Assembly: GCA_965248285.1 (NCBI GenBank)
Contig: CBDFJJ010000013.1
Location: 1,800,384-1,864,383, forward strand
Direction: 5' to 3'
DNA length: 64,000 nucleotides
DNA from: Gemmatimonadales bacterium
GTDB lineage: Bacteria; Gemmatimonadota; Gemmatimonadetes; Gemmatimonadales; GWC2-71-9
Part shown: piece after piece, positions 7,861 to 17,110 of the stretch
Numbering within the stretch: position 1 is the stretch's first letter
Layout of the letters: each line of letters starts with the position of its first letter
Notes under the pieces: model-generated
What the model saw: only the letters and a program-made list of their open reading frames with translations
Databases searched by the model: none
What the model was told of the DNA's origin: nothing
Program-made: the position numbers and the translations under genes

Positions 7861-8166
7861 TTCCTCTACGCTGAACGTCTGAATCCTCTCCACATCGAGA
7901 AAGTTGTCTCCGTCCGCCACGGCAGCCTGACCCTCCGCTGACGCCATCGATTGCTCCATCGCCTCTGCGTCGTCCCACCACAGCTCCGCGAAGCCATCAT
8001 ACATGGGAGGCGTCCCGTCCGGAGCCGCGGCGAAGTGGTTCAGAACGTATTTTCTAAGTAAGGGGAGTTTTGCCGCTATCGGTGCATGAGTCTCCCTCCA
8101 ATATCGATGGAACTCTTCCGCGTCCATACCGGGTCGCCGACTAATGAGAAACACTATCTTGAGCAT
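7825..8166 (-). CDS. EthD-domain protein; last residues replaced by IS-derived sequence
   Basis: MLKIVFLISRRPGMDAEEFHRYWRETHAPI is an EthD N-terminus. The ORF crosses the IS boundary at 7860. Deleting the IS plus one TSD copy gives ...FSVEEVKIV* with its stop at 6425-6427. Confidence 0.7.
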   Translation of the reverse strand: MLKIVFLISRRPGMDAEEFHRYWRETHAPIAAKLPLLRKYVLNHFAAAPDGTPPMYDGFAELWWDDAEAMEQSMASAEGQAAVADGDNFLDVERIQTFSVEEGVIFESCGLEE

Positions 8167-8201
8167 CTTCTGCCCCTTTCCTTGACGGTCTAGCTACAAA
8201 A

Positions 8202-9536
8202 TCAGAGCTGAGACGGAGAGCGGACTAGTCTTCCGCCCCTTATCACGTAGATCGGGTGACGCAAGTTGCTGATGTCGACAGTGGGGTCAGATGGATACAC
8301 GACCAGATCCGCGACCTTACCCTGCTGGACAGTGCCCAATCGGTCCCCGATGCCAAGCGCCTCTGCACCAGTCGATGTGGCTGCGGTCAGAGCTTCCAGC
8401 GGGGTGAGCCCCACCACTTCGACCAGCATTTCGAGCTCGCCGAATAGTGCGAGGCGTCCTCCCGACGGATGGTCGGTTCCAGCCGCAATCGCTATACCCA
8501 TGCGGTGGGCCAACCTCGTCACCTGGATCGCCCACTCAGACGCCTCATCACTTACGGCGCCTGCTATTGTCGAGACCGTCGCATCGAGGATGATGCGGCG
8601 GTCACGGATCGCTTCAAGGACGCCGACAACCGCAGGCTGGTCCGGCGACACCGCCGAGTATGGTGCAGGCGGACCGAACGGGTTGAAGGGTTCCACGGCA
8701 TTGTAGCGTTCTGGCAGCTGCTCGACACCCTCCCATACGAGCAGAGCGGCGTGAGAAATCACGTCTATGCCCGACGAGACGACGATGGAAGGGCGGGTTG
8801 GGAACACCACGGGGTGACTCCAAACACGCATACCCTGGCGATGCGCCTCTGTCGCGATATCGCGAATCACTTCAGCCGATAGATTGGAGTAGATCTTGAT
8901 CCCGCTGGCACCGCTGTTCTTGGCGTTACGAACCGCGGACTCGAGGTCGGTTGAGTCAGTCACGGCTAGGAACCAAGGGAGGCTGCCAGTCCCAGGAACC
9001 CCCATGACGCGAGGGTCACTCGCGAAGAAGACCGGATCGGCCCAAAACGCGGACGAGAACAGCCGTGGGACCTGTGCCGAGTCAGCCCCGGCTCTGAGTT
9101 GGCCGTGGAGGTCGGCGCAACACGCCATGTCGCGGACCGAGGTTATGCCGACACCCAGGAGTGAATCGAGGTGAACGCGAAGTGTGCCCTCGTCCGTGGG
9201 AAGATGCACATGGGAATCGATGAGGCCCGGAGTGACGTAATGACCGGCGACGTCTAGAGCTTGGCTGTCCCCAGGACCCGATGCGCGAACAGCGGTGATG
9301 ATCCCGTCGCGTATCTCGATCGTCTGCCCCGATACGGGAGCCCCCCCGAGCCCGTTGATGATCGTAACGTTCGACAGGACTAGGTCCGGTAGGCCCGTAG
9401 CTACGCGCTCGGCAGAGGAACACCCGCCGATCCACGCGCTAAGTAGTGCGATCCACGCGCTGACTAGCAGTGCGATCCACGCGGACGACCAAGTCGGACG
9501 TCTCATGTTTGCTTGCCAATGTGTGTAACGATCCAC
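8202..9536 (-). CDS. Amidohydrolase-family protein (metal-dependent hydrolase), probable lipoprotein
   Basis: GLIDSHVHLP metal motif, a C-terminal GKVADLVV block and an IGGC lipobox after the hydrophobic N-terminus. The exact start is uncertain. Confidence 0.8.
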   Translation of the reverse strand: MDRYTHWQANMRRPTWSSAWIALLVSAWIALLSAWIGGCSSAERVATGLPDLVLSNVTIINGLGGAPVSGQTIEIRDGIITAVRASGPGDSQALDVAGHYVTPGLIDSHVHLPTDEGTLRVHLDSLLGVGITSVRDMACCADLHGQLRAGADSAQVPRLFSSAFWADPVFFASDPRVMGVPGTGSLPWFLAVTDSTDLESAVRNAKNSGASGIKIYSNLSAEVIRDIATEAHRQGMRVWSHPVVFPTRPSIVVSSGIDVISHAALLVWEGVEQLPERYNAVEPFNPFGPPAPYSAVSPDQPAVVGVLEAIRDRRIILDATVSTIAGAVSDEASEWAIQVTRLAHRMGIAIAAGTDHPSGGRLALFGELEMLVEVVGLTPLEALTAATSTGAEALGIGDRLGTVQQGKVADLVVYPSDPTVDISNLRHPIYVIRGGRLVRSPSQL

Positions 9537-9901
9537 CAGACGTTTCCAACGGGATCTTTGACGCCACCATAGCGATCACCGTGCGGATAATTGTCAGGCT
9601 TCAGTACTGAGGTGGCACCTGCTGCTAGGGCTTTGTTGTAGGTGACATCGCAATCGTTTACATAGAGATACATCATGGCAGGCATTGGCCCGATCTCATC
9701 CATCGGCTCGCCCATCATCACGACCGAATCACCGATCTTCACTTCTGCATGCTTGACGCTCCCATCCTCCCGATATTGCGGATCGCCTCTCGACTCGGCG
9801 TCGAACACTTGCTGAAGGAACTGGATAAGGGTTGAAACGCTTTCTACCACCAAGTAGGGCGTGATCGTGTTGAGCCCAAAGGGATTCCGTTCTTCTGTCA
9901 T
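9503..9901 (-). CDS. VOC/glyoxalase-family protein (PhnB-like)
   Basis: ITPYLVV...HAEVKIGDSVVMMGE...GGVKDPVGNVWWI pattern. Confidence 0.7.
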   Translation of the reverse strand: MTEERNPFGLNTITPYLVVESVSTLIQFLQQVFDAESRGDPQYREDGSVKHAEVKIGDSVVMMGEPMDEIGPMPAMMYLYVNDCDVTYNKALAAGATSVLKPDNYPHGDRYGGVKDPVGNVWWIVTHIGKQT

Positions 9902-9912
9902 GCTAGTCTACC

Positions 9913-10125
9913 TCACACGGTGATGACGACTTTTCCCTTCGCGTGTCCGTCCTGCAGATAGCGGATTGCGTCGGGGACCTCGCTCAGCGGGTAGGTTCTG
10001 TCGATGGGCGGCGTGAGCTTTCCGGATTCGAGGAGCTCCCTCAAGAGAGCCATCGATTCCTTGTGTTCTCCAGAACTGTCGCGCCTTAGTGGGAGCCTGA
10101 CCCGATGATCTCTACTGCTGCCCAC
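9913..10125 (-). pseudogene. C-terminal remnant of a zinc-type alcohol dehydrogenase/quinone oxidoreductase
   Basis: Only the tail LLESGKLTPPIDRTYPLSEVPDAIRYLQDGHAKGKVVITV* is present. No Rossmann or catalytic domain lies upstream. Confidence 0.6.
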
Positions 10126-10153
10126 CGCCGCTCGGGTTCAACCGTTTATTATG

Positions 10154-10525
10154 CTAGACGTGCTGATCGACAAGTATTGGGTTCCCATCGGGGTCGACTG
10201 CGACAAAACTCGCTGGCCCTGTGGTTGTCTCGTCGGCTTCGGTCATTAGCTGCACACCTTGTGCTTTCAACTGGCGCTGTAGATCACGAACGTCGGTGAA
10301 TGTCTCGAGGTTGCTTGCGTTGCTGTCCCAGCCCGGATTGAAGGTCATGGTGTTTTTTTCGATCATGCCCTGAAAAAGGCCGATTGCGTGATCGCCGTTC
10401 TTTAGAATTAACCAGTTCTGCGAGGCATCTCCGGCGAAGACTTTGAAACCAAACTTTTCGTAGAAAACCCTCGAGGCTTTAATGTCTTTGACAGCCAAGC
10501 TGATTGAAAACGCGCCGAGTTCCAT
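10154..10525 (-). CDS. VOC/glyoxalase-family protein
   Basis: MELGAFSISLAVKDIKASRVFYEKFGFKV...VAVDPDGNPILVDQH. Start taken at the internal Met. Confidence 0.7.
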   Translation of the reverse strand: MELGAFSISLAVKDIKASRVFYEKFGFKVFAGDASQNWLILKNGDHAIGLFQGMIEKNTMTFNPGWDSNASNLETFTDVRDLQRQLKAQGVQLMTEADETTTGPASFVAVDPDGNPILVDQHV

Positions 10526-11212
10526 GATTCGCTCCTTTAGAAGTAACACTGCCGCTATTCACTGTTAAGCGACGCGATGTATCGCCACATAGCTGCCAGT
10601 TCATCATCCGTCATGTTGGCGTAGATATTCCAGGGCATGAACTCCTGGTTGAGCTCTTTGCCGTAGGGGGTGACGCCGGTGCGTATGGTGGTGACGAACT
10701 GCTCCTCCGACCACCCTCCGGGAGCTGCGTAACCCGCTATGGCGGGACCAGGAGGCATACTTGGGTCAAGCGGGGGACCACCTTTCAGGTCAGATCCATG
10801 GCACATCGAGCATAGCGTGATGGACATCAGGTACTGTCCGTATTTGGCCGTTGCTTCCATTTCAGGCATCTCGACAAAAGGCGCACCATGGTCAATCGCC
10901 TCAGCTGGGATAAACGGAATGGCCTCACTGTCAAAGAGGCCGAGGGCAAAGAGGATCCGCCCCAACGGCAATAACCTTCGGTTCGGGATCTCCTTATCTA
11001 CAGGCGGTACGCTCTTGACGTAGGCAATGACCGCGCCAAGGTCTTCCTCGCTTAGGTTGTTGAAGACGTCCGAATGCATGATCATCAATCCTCGACCCTC
11101 CGGGTTGACGCCATGGCGGATGGCGCTGACATAATCGGCGTCGGTGTAAGTGGTAGCCACTCCACCCTGACCAGAAGTCAAGTTAGGTGCGTAAACAATT
11201 GCCATCATGGGT

Positions 11213-12529
11213 GGGAGTATCAGGAATTTTGTGTTTGTGAGCCATACTATGTACCTGCACTTTGGAGGCACGTATGGCGCGACACAAACGGTCGATCCCC
11301 CCGGAGTTGGTGGACCAACTGCTCGATGGCATCGACCCCCAGAAGGTCTTTGAATCAGACGGGCTCGTTGACGAGCTGAAGCGGGCGTTGGCTGAGCGGA
11401 TTCTGGACGCCGAGATGGACGTGCATCTCGGCGGTGAGGAGGAGCACGCTCGAGGGAACCACCGTAACGGCCACAGCAAGAAGACGGTCCTGACCGACTC
11501 GAGCGCTCTCGAACTTTCAATTCCCCGCGACCGTCATGGCCGGTTTGCGCCCCAATTCATCGAGAAGTACCGACGTCGGTTCCCCGGCTTCGACGAGAAG
11601 ATCATCGCGTTGTACGCCCGCGGCATGAGTACGCGCGACATCCAAGCTCACGTCCGGGAACTCTATGGCTTGGAGATTTCTCCCGACCTGGTCTCCGCGG
11701 TCACCGATTCGGTACTTGACGAGGTCAAGGCGTGGCAGAGCCGGCCGCTGGAGAGCGTCTACGCCGTTGTCTATTTCGACGCGCTGCGCGTGAAGATCCG
11801 CGACGAGGGGACGGTGCGCAACAAGGCCGTCTATCTGGCGATCGGCATTCGGTGTTCGGGCTACAAGGAGATCCTGGGGCTGTGGATCGAGCAGACCGAG
11901 GGCGCGAAGTTCTGGCTCAAGGTCATGACGGAGCTGCGCACCCGTGGCACCCAGGACATCCTGGTAGCCGTCGTGGACGGACTCCGAGGCTTTCCGGAGG
12001 CCATCGAGTCGGTGTTCCCCAACGCTCGCGTCCAGACGTGCATCGTGCACCTGATTCGCCACTCCCTGCAGTTTGCCGGATGGAAGGAGCGCAAACCGCT
12101 AGCGGCAGCCCTCAAACAGATCTACCGCGCCGACACCGCGGAGGCGGCCCTTCACCAACTCGAGGAATTCGAGCAGGGCCCCTGGGGTCGCAAGTATCCG
12201 ACCGTCGCGCAGAGTTGGCGGCGGCAATGGGAGCAGGTGATTCCGTTTCTTGCATTCGCCCCTGAGATCCGGAAGATCATCTACACGACCAACGCGATCG
12301 AGAGTCTACACAGCCAGGTCCGCAAGTCGGTACGCACCCGCGGGCACTTCCCTAGCGATCAAGCCGCTACGAAGCTAATCTGGCTCGTATTACGAAACAT
12401 CGAAGCTACGTGGAAACGCCCACCGGTATCATGGGCGAAAGCTCGAAGCCAGTTCGCCATACTTTTCGGCGACCGTTTCAAGATTACTGACTGATGGAGA
12501 GGCTCACACACAAAATTTCCTACACGCCC
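11213..12529 (+). mobile_element. IS256-family insertion sequence, copy 2 (different sequence from copy 1)
   Basis: Imperfect ~30-bp IRs: gggagtatcaggaattttgtgtttgtgagcc and the reverse complement of ggctcacacacaaaatttcctacacgccc. A perfect 8-bp TSD TCATGGGT lies at 11205-11212 and 12530-12537. Confidence 0.9.
11262..12494 (+). CDS. IS256-family (Mutator-type) transposase
   Basis: 410 aa with LDAEMDVHLG...YFDALRVKIR...VVDGLRGFPEAI...TTNAIESLH blocks. Confidence 0.9.
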   Translation: MEARMARHKRSIPPELVDQLLDGIDPQKVFESDGLVDELKRALAERILDAEMDVHLGGEEEHARGNHRNGHSKKTVLTDSSALELSIPRDRHGRFAPQFIEKYRRRFPGFDEKIIALYARGMSTRDIQAHVRELYGLEISPDLVSAVTDSVLDEVKAWQSRPLESVYAVVYFDALRVKIRDEGTVRNKAVYLAIGIRCSGYKEILGLWIEQTEGAKFWLKVMTELRTRGTQDILVAVVDGLRGFPEAIESVFPNARVQTCIVHLIRHSLQFAGWKERKPLAAALKQIYRADTAEAALHQLEEFEQGPWGRKYPTVAQSWRRQWEQVIPFLAFAPEIRKIIYTTNAIESLHSQVRKSVRTRGHFPSDQAATKLIWLVLRNIEATWKRPPVSWAKARSQFAILFGDRFKITD

Positions 12530-13054
12530 TCATGGGTTCGTCGATGAAAACTTCGCCTTCCAGGTTGTCACCGTGGCATTCCTGACAAAAGGTCAACGCC
12601 CCCACAAGATGCTGGCCCCGGGCGATGGCCGATTCGCTTGTCGGGATGGCGATGTTCTCGAGTTGGATGTCGTGCGTCTTGTTGAGCCGCGCGGAGCCAA
12701 TGACATACAGTACTACGCTCGCGAGGACCAGCAGCCCCACCAATCCACCTAACGCAATGCCAGTCCATTTCAGGACATTCTTCATCAATTAATCCTCCTT
12801 CAGCGAGTCAACTAATATGCATCTCGCCGGGCGCCCCGCTAGCCGGGCCGTCCTACGTTTGCGCTGATGCTGCTGGATTGTGCTTTCGCCCGAATTCATG
12901 AGTTGGAAGGCAACACGGAGGCAGCAATCGACTCCAACGTGGTTGCGTTATCCAAGGCGGTTGCTCCGCATGAGAAGGAGTTGCTGGAAAGAAAACTTCG
13001 CAAGCTTGCTGATTAGGGAATGGGACAATACACGCTCGTAGCGCCGCCGAGTAG

Positions 13055-13732
13055 TTAGGTGCCAACGACCCTGTATAGATTGGCCCGCCCCCGCCTACCT
13101 ATCAACTTGATTACCCCCCCTTTTCGTAGAGAATACGACATCTTCTGTGCCAACGCTCTCCTAATATCTATCGCTTCCGCCAGATCTCTCGCGGTAAATG
13201 ACTCCAGTCCGTCCGGAAGAAACGCTAGCCAATCTGCCGGCTCCTCAAACAACCTCTGGTCTGCAACTTCCAGCAACCGACGTTCCTCAGTGACCCATCC
13301 TCTCGTGCGCCATTTCCGCTTCGCCTCGTACCGCCTTGCCTCCTCTTCCTTAATCATCAATACTTCCAGCGAGAAATTACGGTTCGACAACAACTGGGGA
13401 AAACTCACCATTTCCCAGAACAGATCCTCCATCCGCCCTCTCTTGGGTGATTTGCGGCGAGTGACTCCACTACTATCATTCGCCGGCTTAACAATCCACT
13501 TCTCTCGGGCTATCGGGTAGATCAATCGTACCTGATGTGAACGCACCAGGTTTGTCAACTTCGACTTGATGGATGCGAAATTGCCGGTCTGGATTTCCAG
13601 CAACAGATCATCTCGAACAATGTCAATCACAAACCCATCAACTGCGACTTCAAATCGATCGCCCGGCTGTACGTACCACTCCTTCAGCGATGCGTGGAGC
13701 GGCTTTTCATTCAGCAACCCAATACCTGACAT
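13055..13732 (-). CDS. Hypothetical protein: N-terminal PD-(D/E)XK-like nuclease motif plus a C-terminal wHTH-like region
   Basis: GDRFEVAVDGFVIDIVRDDLLLEIQTGN resembles a D...(D/E)xK-type core, with Q at the K position. It lies in a visibly AT-richer stretch. The family was not identified. Confidence 0.45.
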   Translation of the reverse strand: MSGIGLLNEKPLHASLKEWYVQPGDRFEVAVDGFVIDIVRDDLLLEIQTGNFASIKSKLTNLVRSHQVRLIYPIAREKWIVKPANDSSGVTRRKSPKRGRMEDLFWEMVSFPQLLSNRNFSLEVLMIKEEEARRYEAKRKWRTRGWVTEERRLLEVADQRLFEEPADWLAFLPDGLESFTARDLAEAIDIRRALAQKMSYSLRKGGVIKLIGRRGRANLYRVVGT

Positions 13733-13796
13733 TTCAATCCAATTCCGTGTCGATTCTGCTGGCGCCTAACTAATAAAGGGATTGACCAGTCTAGTT

Positions 13797-13935
13797 CCCA
13801 TCTCCAGCGCCCCCGCTACGCCATCGAGCGGGAAATCGGCAGTGGCGACATGGACACGGTCTACCTCGCCGAGGACTTGAAACACCATCGCAAGGTGGCG
13901 GTAAAGGTCCTCCGGCCCGACTCACGGGGGCAGCG
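13797..13935 (+). pseudogene. N-terminal fragment of a Ser/Thr protein kinase
   Basis: Translates RYAIEREIGSGDMDTVYLAEDLKHHRKVAVKVLRPD, near-identical to the start of the kinase at 37991. There is no start codon context and no remaining kinase lobes. Confidence 0.6.
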
Positions 13936-13940
13936 TTTCG

Positions 13941-14513
13941 CTAGGGACGCATCTCACAGGCGGGGAGCTCCACTGGCGTCGAGGTGACTCTCGTGACCGC
14001 TGAGTCACGCCGGCAACGAATCCGATAGGCCGTGCCGGACCCCCCAGCCAAGCAGCAGGTACTATCCGCGGCCCATTGAGCGCGCCAGCTAGCTCGTGCG
14101 GAGTCGTAAGGGATGTACGCCCACCGCTTCTCGCACGTCGGACCAGCGCCCGTGTCGACAGGCGCTTGGCTCGTGCGTCGGACCGACATCGCACAGGCAC
14201 GGGTAATCTCACCGTGCGAGGCCGTCGCGCTCCAGCCGGTGCTGTCAGCCCGTTCAACCCTGACCGTAACTCTGGCGGAGGTCCAATAATCGTATCCAGG
14301 GATGATATCGACCAGGACCGCGAGGTCGGCCGTGTAGGTACGGTGTGTCGCGTAATATGCGCTCTCAAACGCCGCCAGGTTGCGCAGGTCCGAACGCATC
14401 GCAGACGTGTATGTGGTGTATTTCCCATCCCACGGAGTGAGGAACGACCATGCTACCAAACCCGCGATGATGAGGGCTGCACCAGTTAAGACGAGGGTGC
14501 GGAGTCGAGGCAT
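13941..14513 (-). CDS. Membrane-anchored hypothetical protein, pilin-like globular region
   Basis: N-terminal TM LVLTGAALIIAGLVAW. MRSDLRNLAAFESAYYATHRTYTADL resembles the post-helix region of type IV pilins, but no G-F-T-L-I-E prepilin motif is present. Confidence 0.4.
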   Translation of the reverse strand: MPRLRTLVLTGAALIIAGLVAWSFLTPWDGKYTTYTSAMRSDLRNLAAFESAYYATHRTYTADLAVLVDIIPGYDYWTSARVTVRVERADSTGWSATASHGEITRACAMSVRRTSQAPVDTGAGPTCEKRWAYIPYDSARASWRAQWAADSTCCLAGGSGTAYRIRCRRDSAVTRVTSTPVELPACEMRP

Positions 14514-14808
14514 CGTCCCTCCGGGGTCCGGTGTGGTCTAAGTGCAACTGGACTGATGAGTCTCCCCTACGCGTGCTGATAAGAGCGCTTGATAACGTCC
14601 GCACCGCTCGCAGCACATGTCGTCTAGGCGGTTCCACCGCCCATCATACAATATATCAAACGGCGCTCGCAAATCTCGGCGTGCGGCAATGGAGCCCGGG
14701 TCTCCGTGCCAATCGGCCGCCGCGTCGACCTACCTTCAGCGGCCCGGTCTGGGCTGGGGACGGTTGCGACGAAAGGGCGTCTCCCGCCCCCCGGCCTCCC
14801 GTCTCCCG

Positions 14809-16371
14809 TCACATGACCAGCCTCTCCGCCAACGCATACAGCAGATCGACGTAGGCTCGTTCAATATCTCCCAGCCCCGCAATCCCCGACCCCGGCCGCG
14901 GCTCCACCACCATGTACTCGTTCGGCGCGTGCGCGCCGGAGCCGTGACCAAGTCCCGAGAAAACGAGCGGAAGCCGCAACCGCTCGGTGAACTGATAGAA
15001 CGGCGCGCTTCCCGCCAACCGCGGAGAGACGGTGGGTGTCTTACCATATTTATTGAATACGCTGATGGCGGCTTGCACCACGGGGGCGTCGACCGCCGTC
15101 TGCGCGGCGGGGTAGCCGGAGAGCTTCCTTATCACGATGTCCTGAAAACCCCGCTCGTCGAGATGGCGGCGGATCTTGGCGAGGGCGGCGTCGGGGGTGA
15201 GGCCGTAGGGCAGTCGTGAATCCACCTTTGCCGTGGCCCGGTGGGGCAAGATGGTCTTTACCCCTTCCTCTGTATAGCCACTCCAGATGCCGTCGATGTT
15301 GAGCGTGGGGTGATAAAGATACCGCAGGATGGCGTCGCGTCCGGTGATGCCGTCGATCCAGCGCTCGACCCTCAGCAGGCGCTGCCTCCCTTCGTCGTTC
15401 CAGCCGGTGACCAGGCCGTTGATGAGGCGTTGTTCCTCGATGGTCGGCGGCCGTACGTCGTCGTAGTATCCGTCGATGGTGATGGTGTTGCCATCGGTCG
15501 AGGTAAGCGTTGCCAGCGCCTGCACCAGCCGCCACGCCGGCGCGTCGACGATGGCTTTGTACGAGCCGTGTATCTCCGCTTGGGTCGGGCCGCCCCACGC
15601 ACCGCCGGTCGACTCCATCTCGGTGTACAGGATGCCCTTCACACCGAGGCTCATGCTCACGTCACCACTTGGCGATTGCGCATTGAACGGGAACATCACG
15701 CCGTCGGCCGTCCGCAGGCGATCCACGAACCGATCCACCAACTCGTGATAATGCGGCGATCCCAACTCCTCTTCGCCTTCGGCGAGCACCATGAGGTTGA
15801 CCGGCAACGTACCGTTCACGGCGATGATCGATTCGATGGCGTTGAGAAAGGCGCGCTCGGGCCCTTTTTGATTCGTCGCTCCCCGCGCCATCAACACCCT
15901 GCCGAGTTCGTGGTCGATCACTCGCGCCTCGAACGGTGGGGATTCCCAGTCCTCGGGATTCACGGGCTGCACGTCGTACATGAGGTAGACCATCAACGTG
16001 CGTTCGGCGCCGGCGTCGTAGTATCCCCACACACCGGGATGCCCCGATGTCGGCACCAACTGAGTCTCGCTGAACCCCAACGCCTCGAGGTCACTGCGTA
16101 GTAGTTCGGCCATCTCGGTAATCCCGATGTTCTGCGCGCTCACCGAAGGCTGCCGCAACCACCGCTGCAGGTTCGCGAGGTGCACGTCGGCATGATCGGC
16201 GATGTGGCGGTAGATGGCGTCGTGGTCCCCGGCGTAAGCCCGGATCGTGGACGCGTCGAATTGCTCGTCGGTGGTGAAACGGAAAGATTTTTGGGCGGAG
16301 ATCGCGGAGGGAGATGCTGCTAACCCCGCGGCTAGCGTCAATGCCATAGTGATGCCCGTAGTGTTTGTCAT
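14809..16371 (-). CDS. M20-family metallopeptidase (dipeptidase-like), secreted
   Basis: YDVQPVNPEDWESPPF, ARGATNQKGP and LAEGEEELGSP blocks. Start taken at MTNTTGITMALTLAAGLAASPSAISA (signal peptide). Confidence 0.8.
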   Translation of the reverse strand: MTNTTGITMALTLAAGLAASPSAISAQKSFRFTTDEQFDASTIRAYAGDHDAIYRHIADHADVHLANLQRWLRQPSVSAQNIGITEMAELLRSDLEALGFSETQLVPTSGHPGVWGYYDAGAERTLMVYLMYDVQPVNPEDWESPPFEARVIDHELGRVLMARGATNQKGPERAFLNAIESIIAVNGTLPVNLMVLAEGEEELGSPHYHELVDRFVDRLRTADGVMFPFNAQSPSGDVSMSLGVKGILYTEMESTGGAWGGPTQAEIHGSYKAIVDAPAWRLVQALATLTSTDGNTITIDGYYDDVRPPTIEEQRLINGLVTGWNDEGRQRLLRVERWIDGITGRDAILRYLYHPTLNIDGIWSGYTEEGVKTILPHRATAKVDSRLPYGLTPDAALAKIRRHLDERGFQDIVIRKLSGYPAAQTAVDAPVVQAAISVFNKYGKTPTVSPRLAGSAPFYQFTERLRLPLVFSGLGHGSGAHAPNEYMVVEPRPGSGIAGLGDIERAYVDLLYALAERLVM

Positions 16372-16507
16372 GGGGCTGCCTTCATGGATGGTGGTTGGGG
16401 TTGAAGGTAATCGCGGATTATGGGACGTACTAGGACGAACCAAGACGGTCGAAGACGGTCTGGAACGGGGGACACGGGGCACACGTTGACCAGAGATTGA
16501 TATGATA

Positions 16508-16523
16508 TTATATTAATTAATAT
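16508..16523. promoter_or_regulatory. Perfect 16-bp AT palindrome upstream of the TA operon (candidate operator/promoter)
   Basis: tatattaattaatata is its own reverse complement. It sits 25 nt upstream of the antitoxin ATG, inside an AT-rich patch in GC-rich DNA. Confidence 0.45.
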
Positions 16524-16547
16524 AAGATACTAGCAAGCAGGTGGGGA

Positions 16548-16772
16548 ATGACGACCGTACAGATCAATGCCCGTATCGACGTGGCCCTCAAGAAAGCCCT
16601 CGAGGAATACTGCCGCTCCCGTGGGATTGTCATGAATCATTTCATCCAGGAAGCGATTCTTGATCGGCTCGAAGAAATGGAGGACGTCGAAGATCTCAAG
16701 GCTCTCCGCCATGAGCCGACTCGGCCACTATCGGAGGTACTCGCCGAGTTGAAGCTTGATGGCTCGTCATAG
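16548..16772 (+). CDS. Type II antitoxin (ribbon-helix-helix, RelB/DinJ/ParD-like)
   Basis: The N-terminal beta-strand/helix pattern is MTTVQINARIDVALKKALEEYC. The ORF overlaps the downstream toxin start. Confidence 0.75.
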   Translation: MTTVQINARIDVALKKALEEYCRSRGIVMNHFIQEAILDRLEEMEDVEDLKALRHEPTRPLSEVLAELKLDGSS

Positions 16773-17019
16773 CATCGAGATCAGTCGGACGGCCGAGAAA
16801 CAACTCAAGAAGCTCAACCGCGACAACCAAAGGCGAGTCGTCAAAGCCATAGTTGCCCTTGCCGACGACCCACGCCCGCAGGGATCACGAAAGCTGGCAG
16901 GTTACGATGACGTCTTTCGAATTCGAGTTGGTCCGTATCGTGTTCTCTACAGCGTCTCGGGGAAGAAGCTCGTCATTATCATCCTGAAGATCGGTCACCG
17001 GAAAGACGTTTATAGGTAA
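16756..17019 (+). CDS. RelE/ParE-family type II toxin
   Basis: AEKQLKKL...VVKAIVALADDPRPQGSRKLAGYDDVFRIRVGPYRVLYSV...LVIIILKIGHRKDVY is the canonical RelE/ParE pattern. Confidence 0.85.
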   Translation: MMARHSIEISRTAEKQLKKLNRDNQRRVVKAIVALADDPRPQGSRKLAGYDDVFRIRVGPYRVLYSVSGKKLVIIILKIGHRKDVYR

Positions 17020-17110
17020 CGCCGTTGGTCGAGGCCTCCGGAAAGGTTGGCTCCTGGCCACTCTGGCACACGCGGCGCATCGACTGCTCAGCGCTGCAAA
17101 TGGTGGGCGA

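Larger units (their letters stand above)
10555..12788 (-). pseudogene. Membrane-anchored di-haem cytochrome c split by an IS256 insertion
   Basis: The N-part (12538-12788) has a TM helix plus CQECH. The C-part (10555-11204) has CSMCH. Removing 11213-12529 plus one TSD copy joins ...EGEVFIDEP-MMAIVYAPNLTSG in frame, giving 909 nt. Confidence 0.85.
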
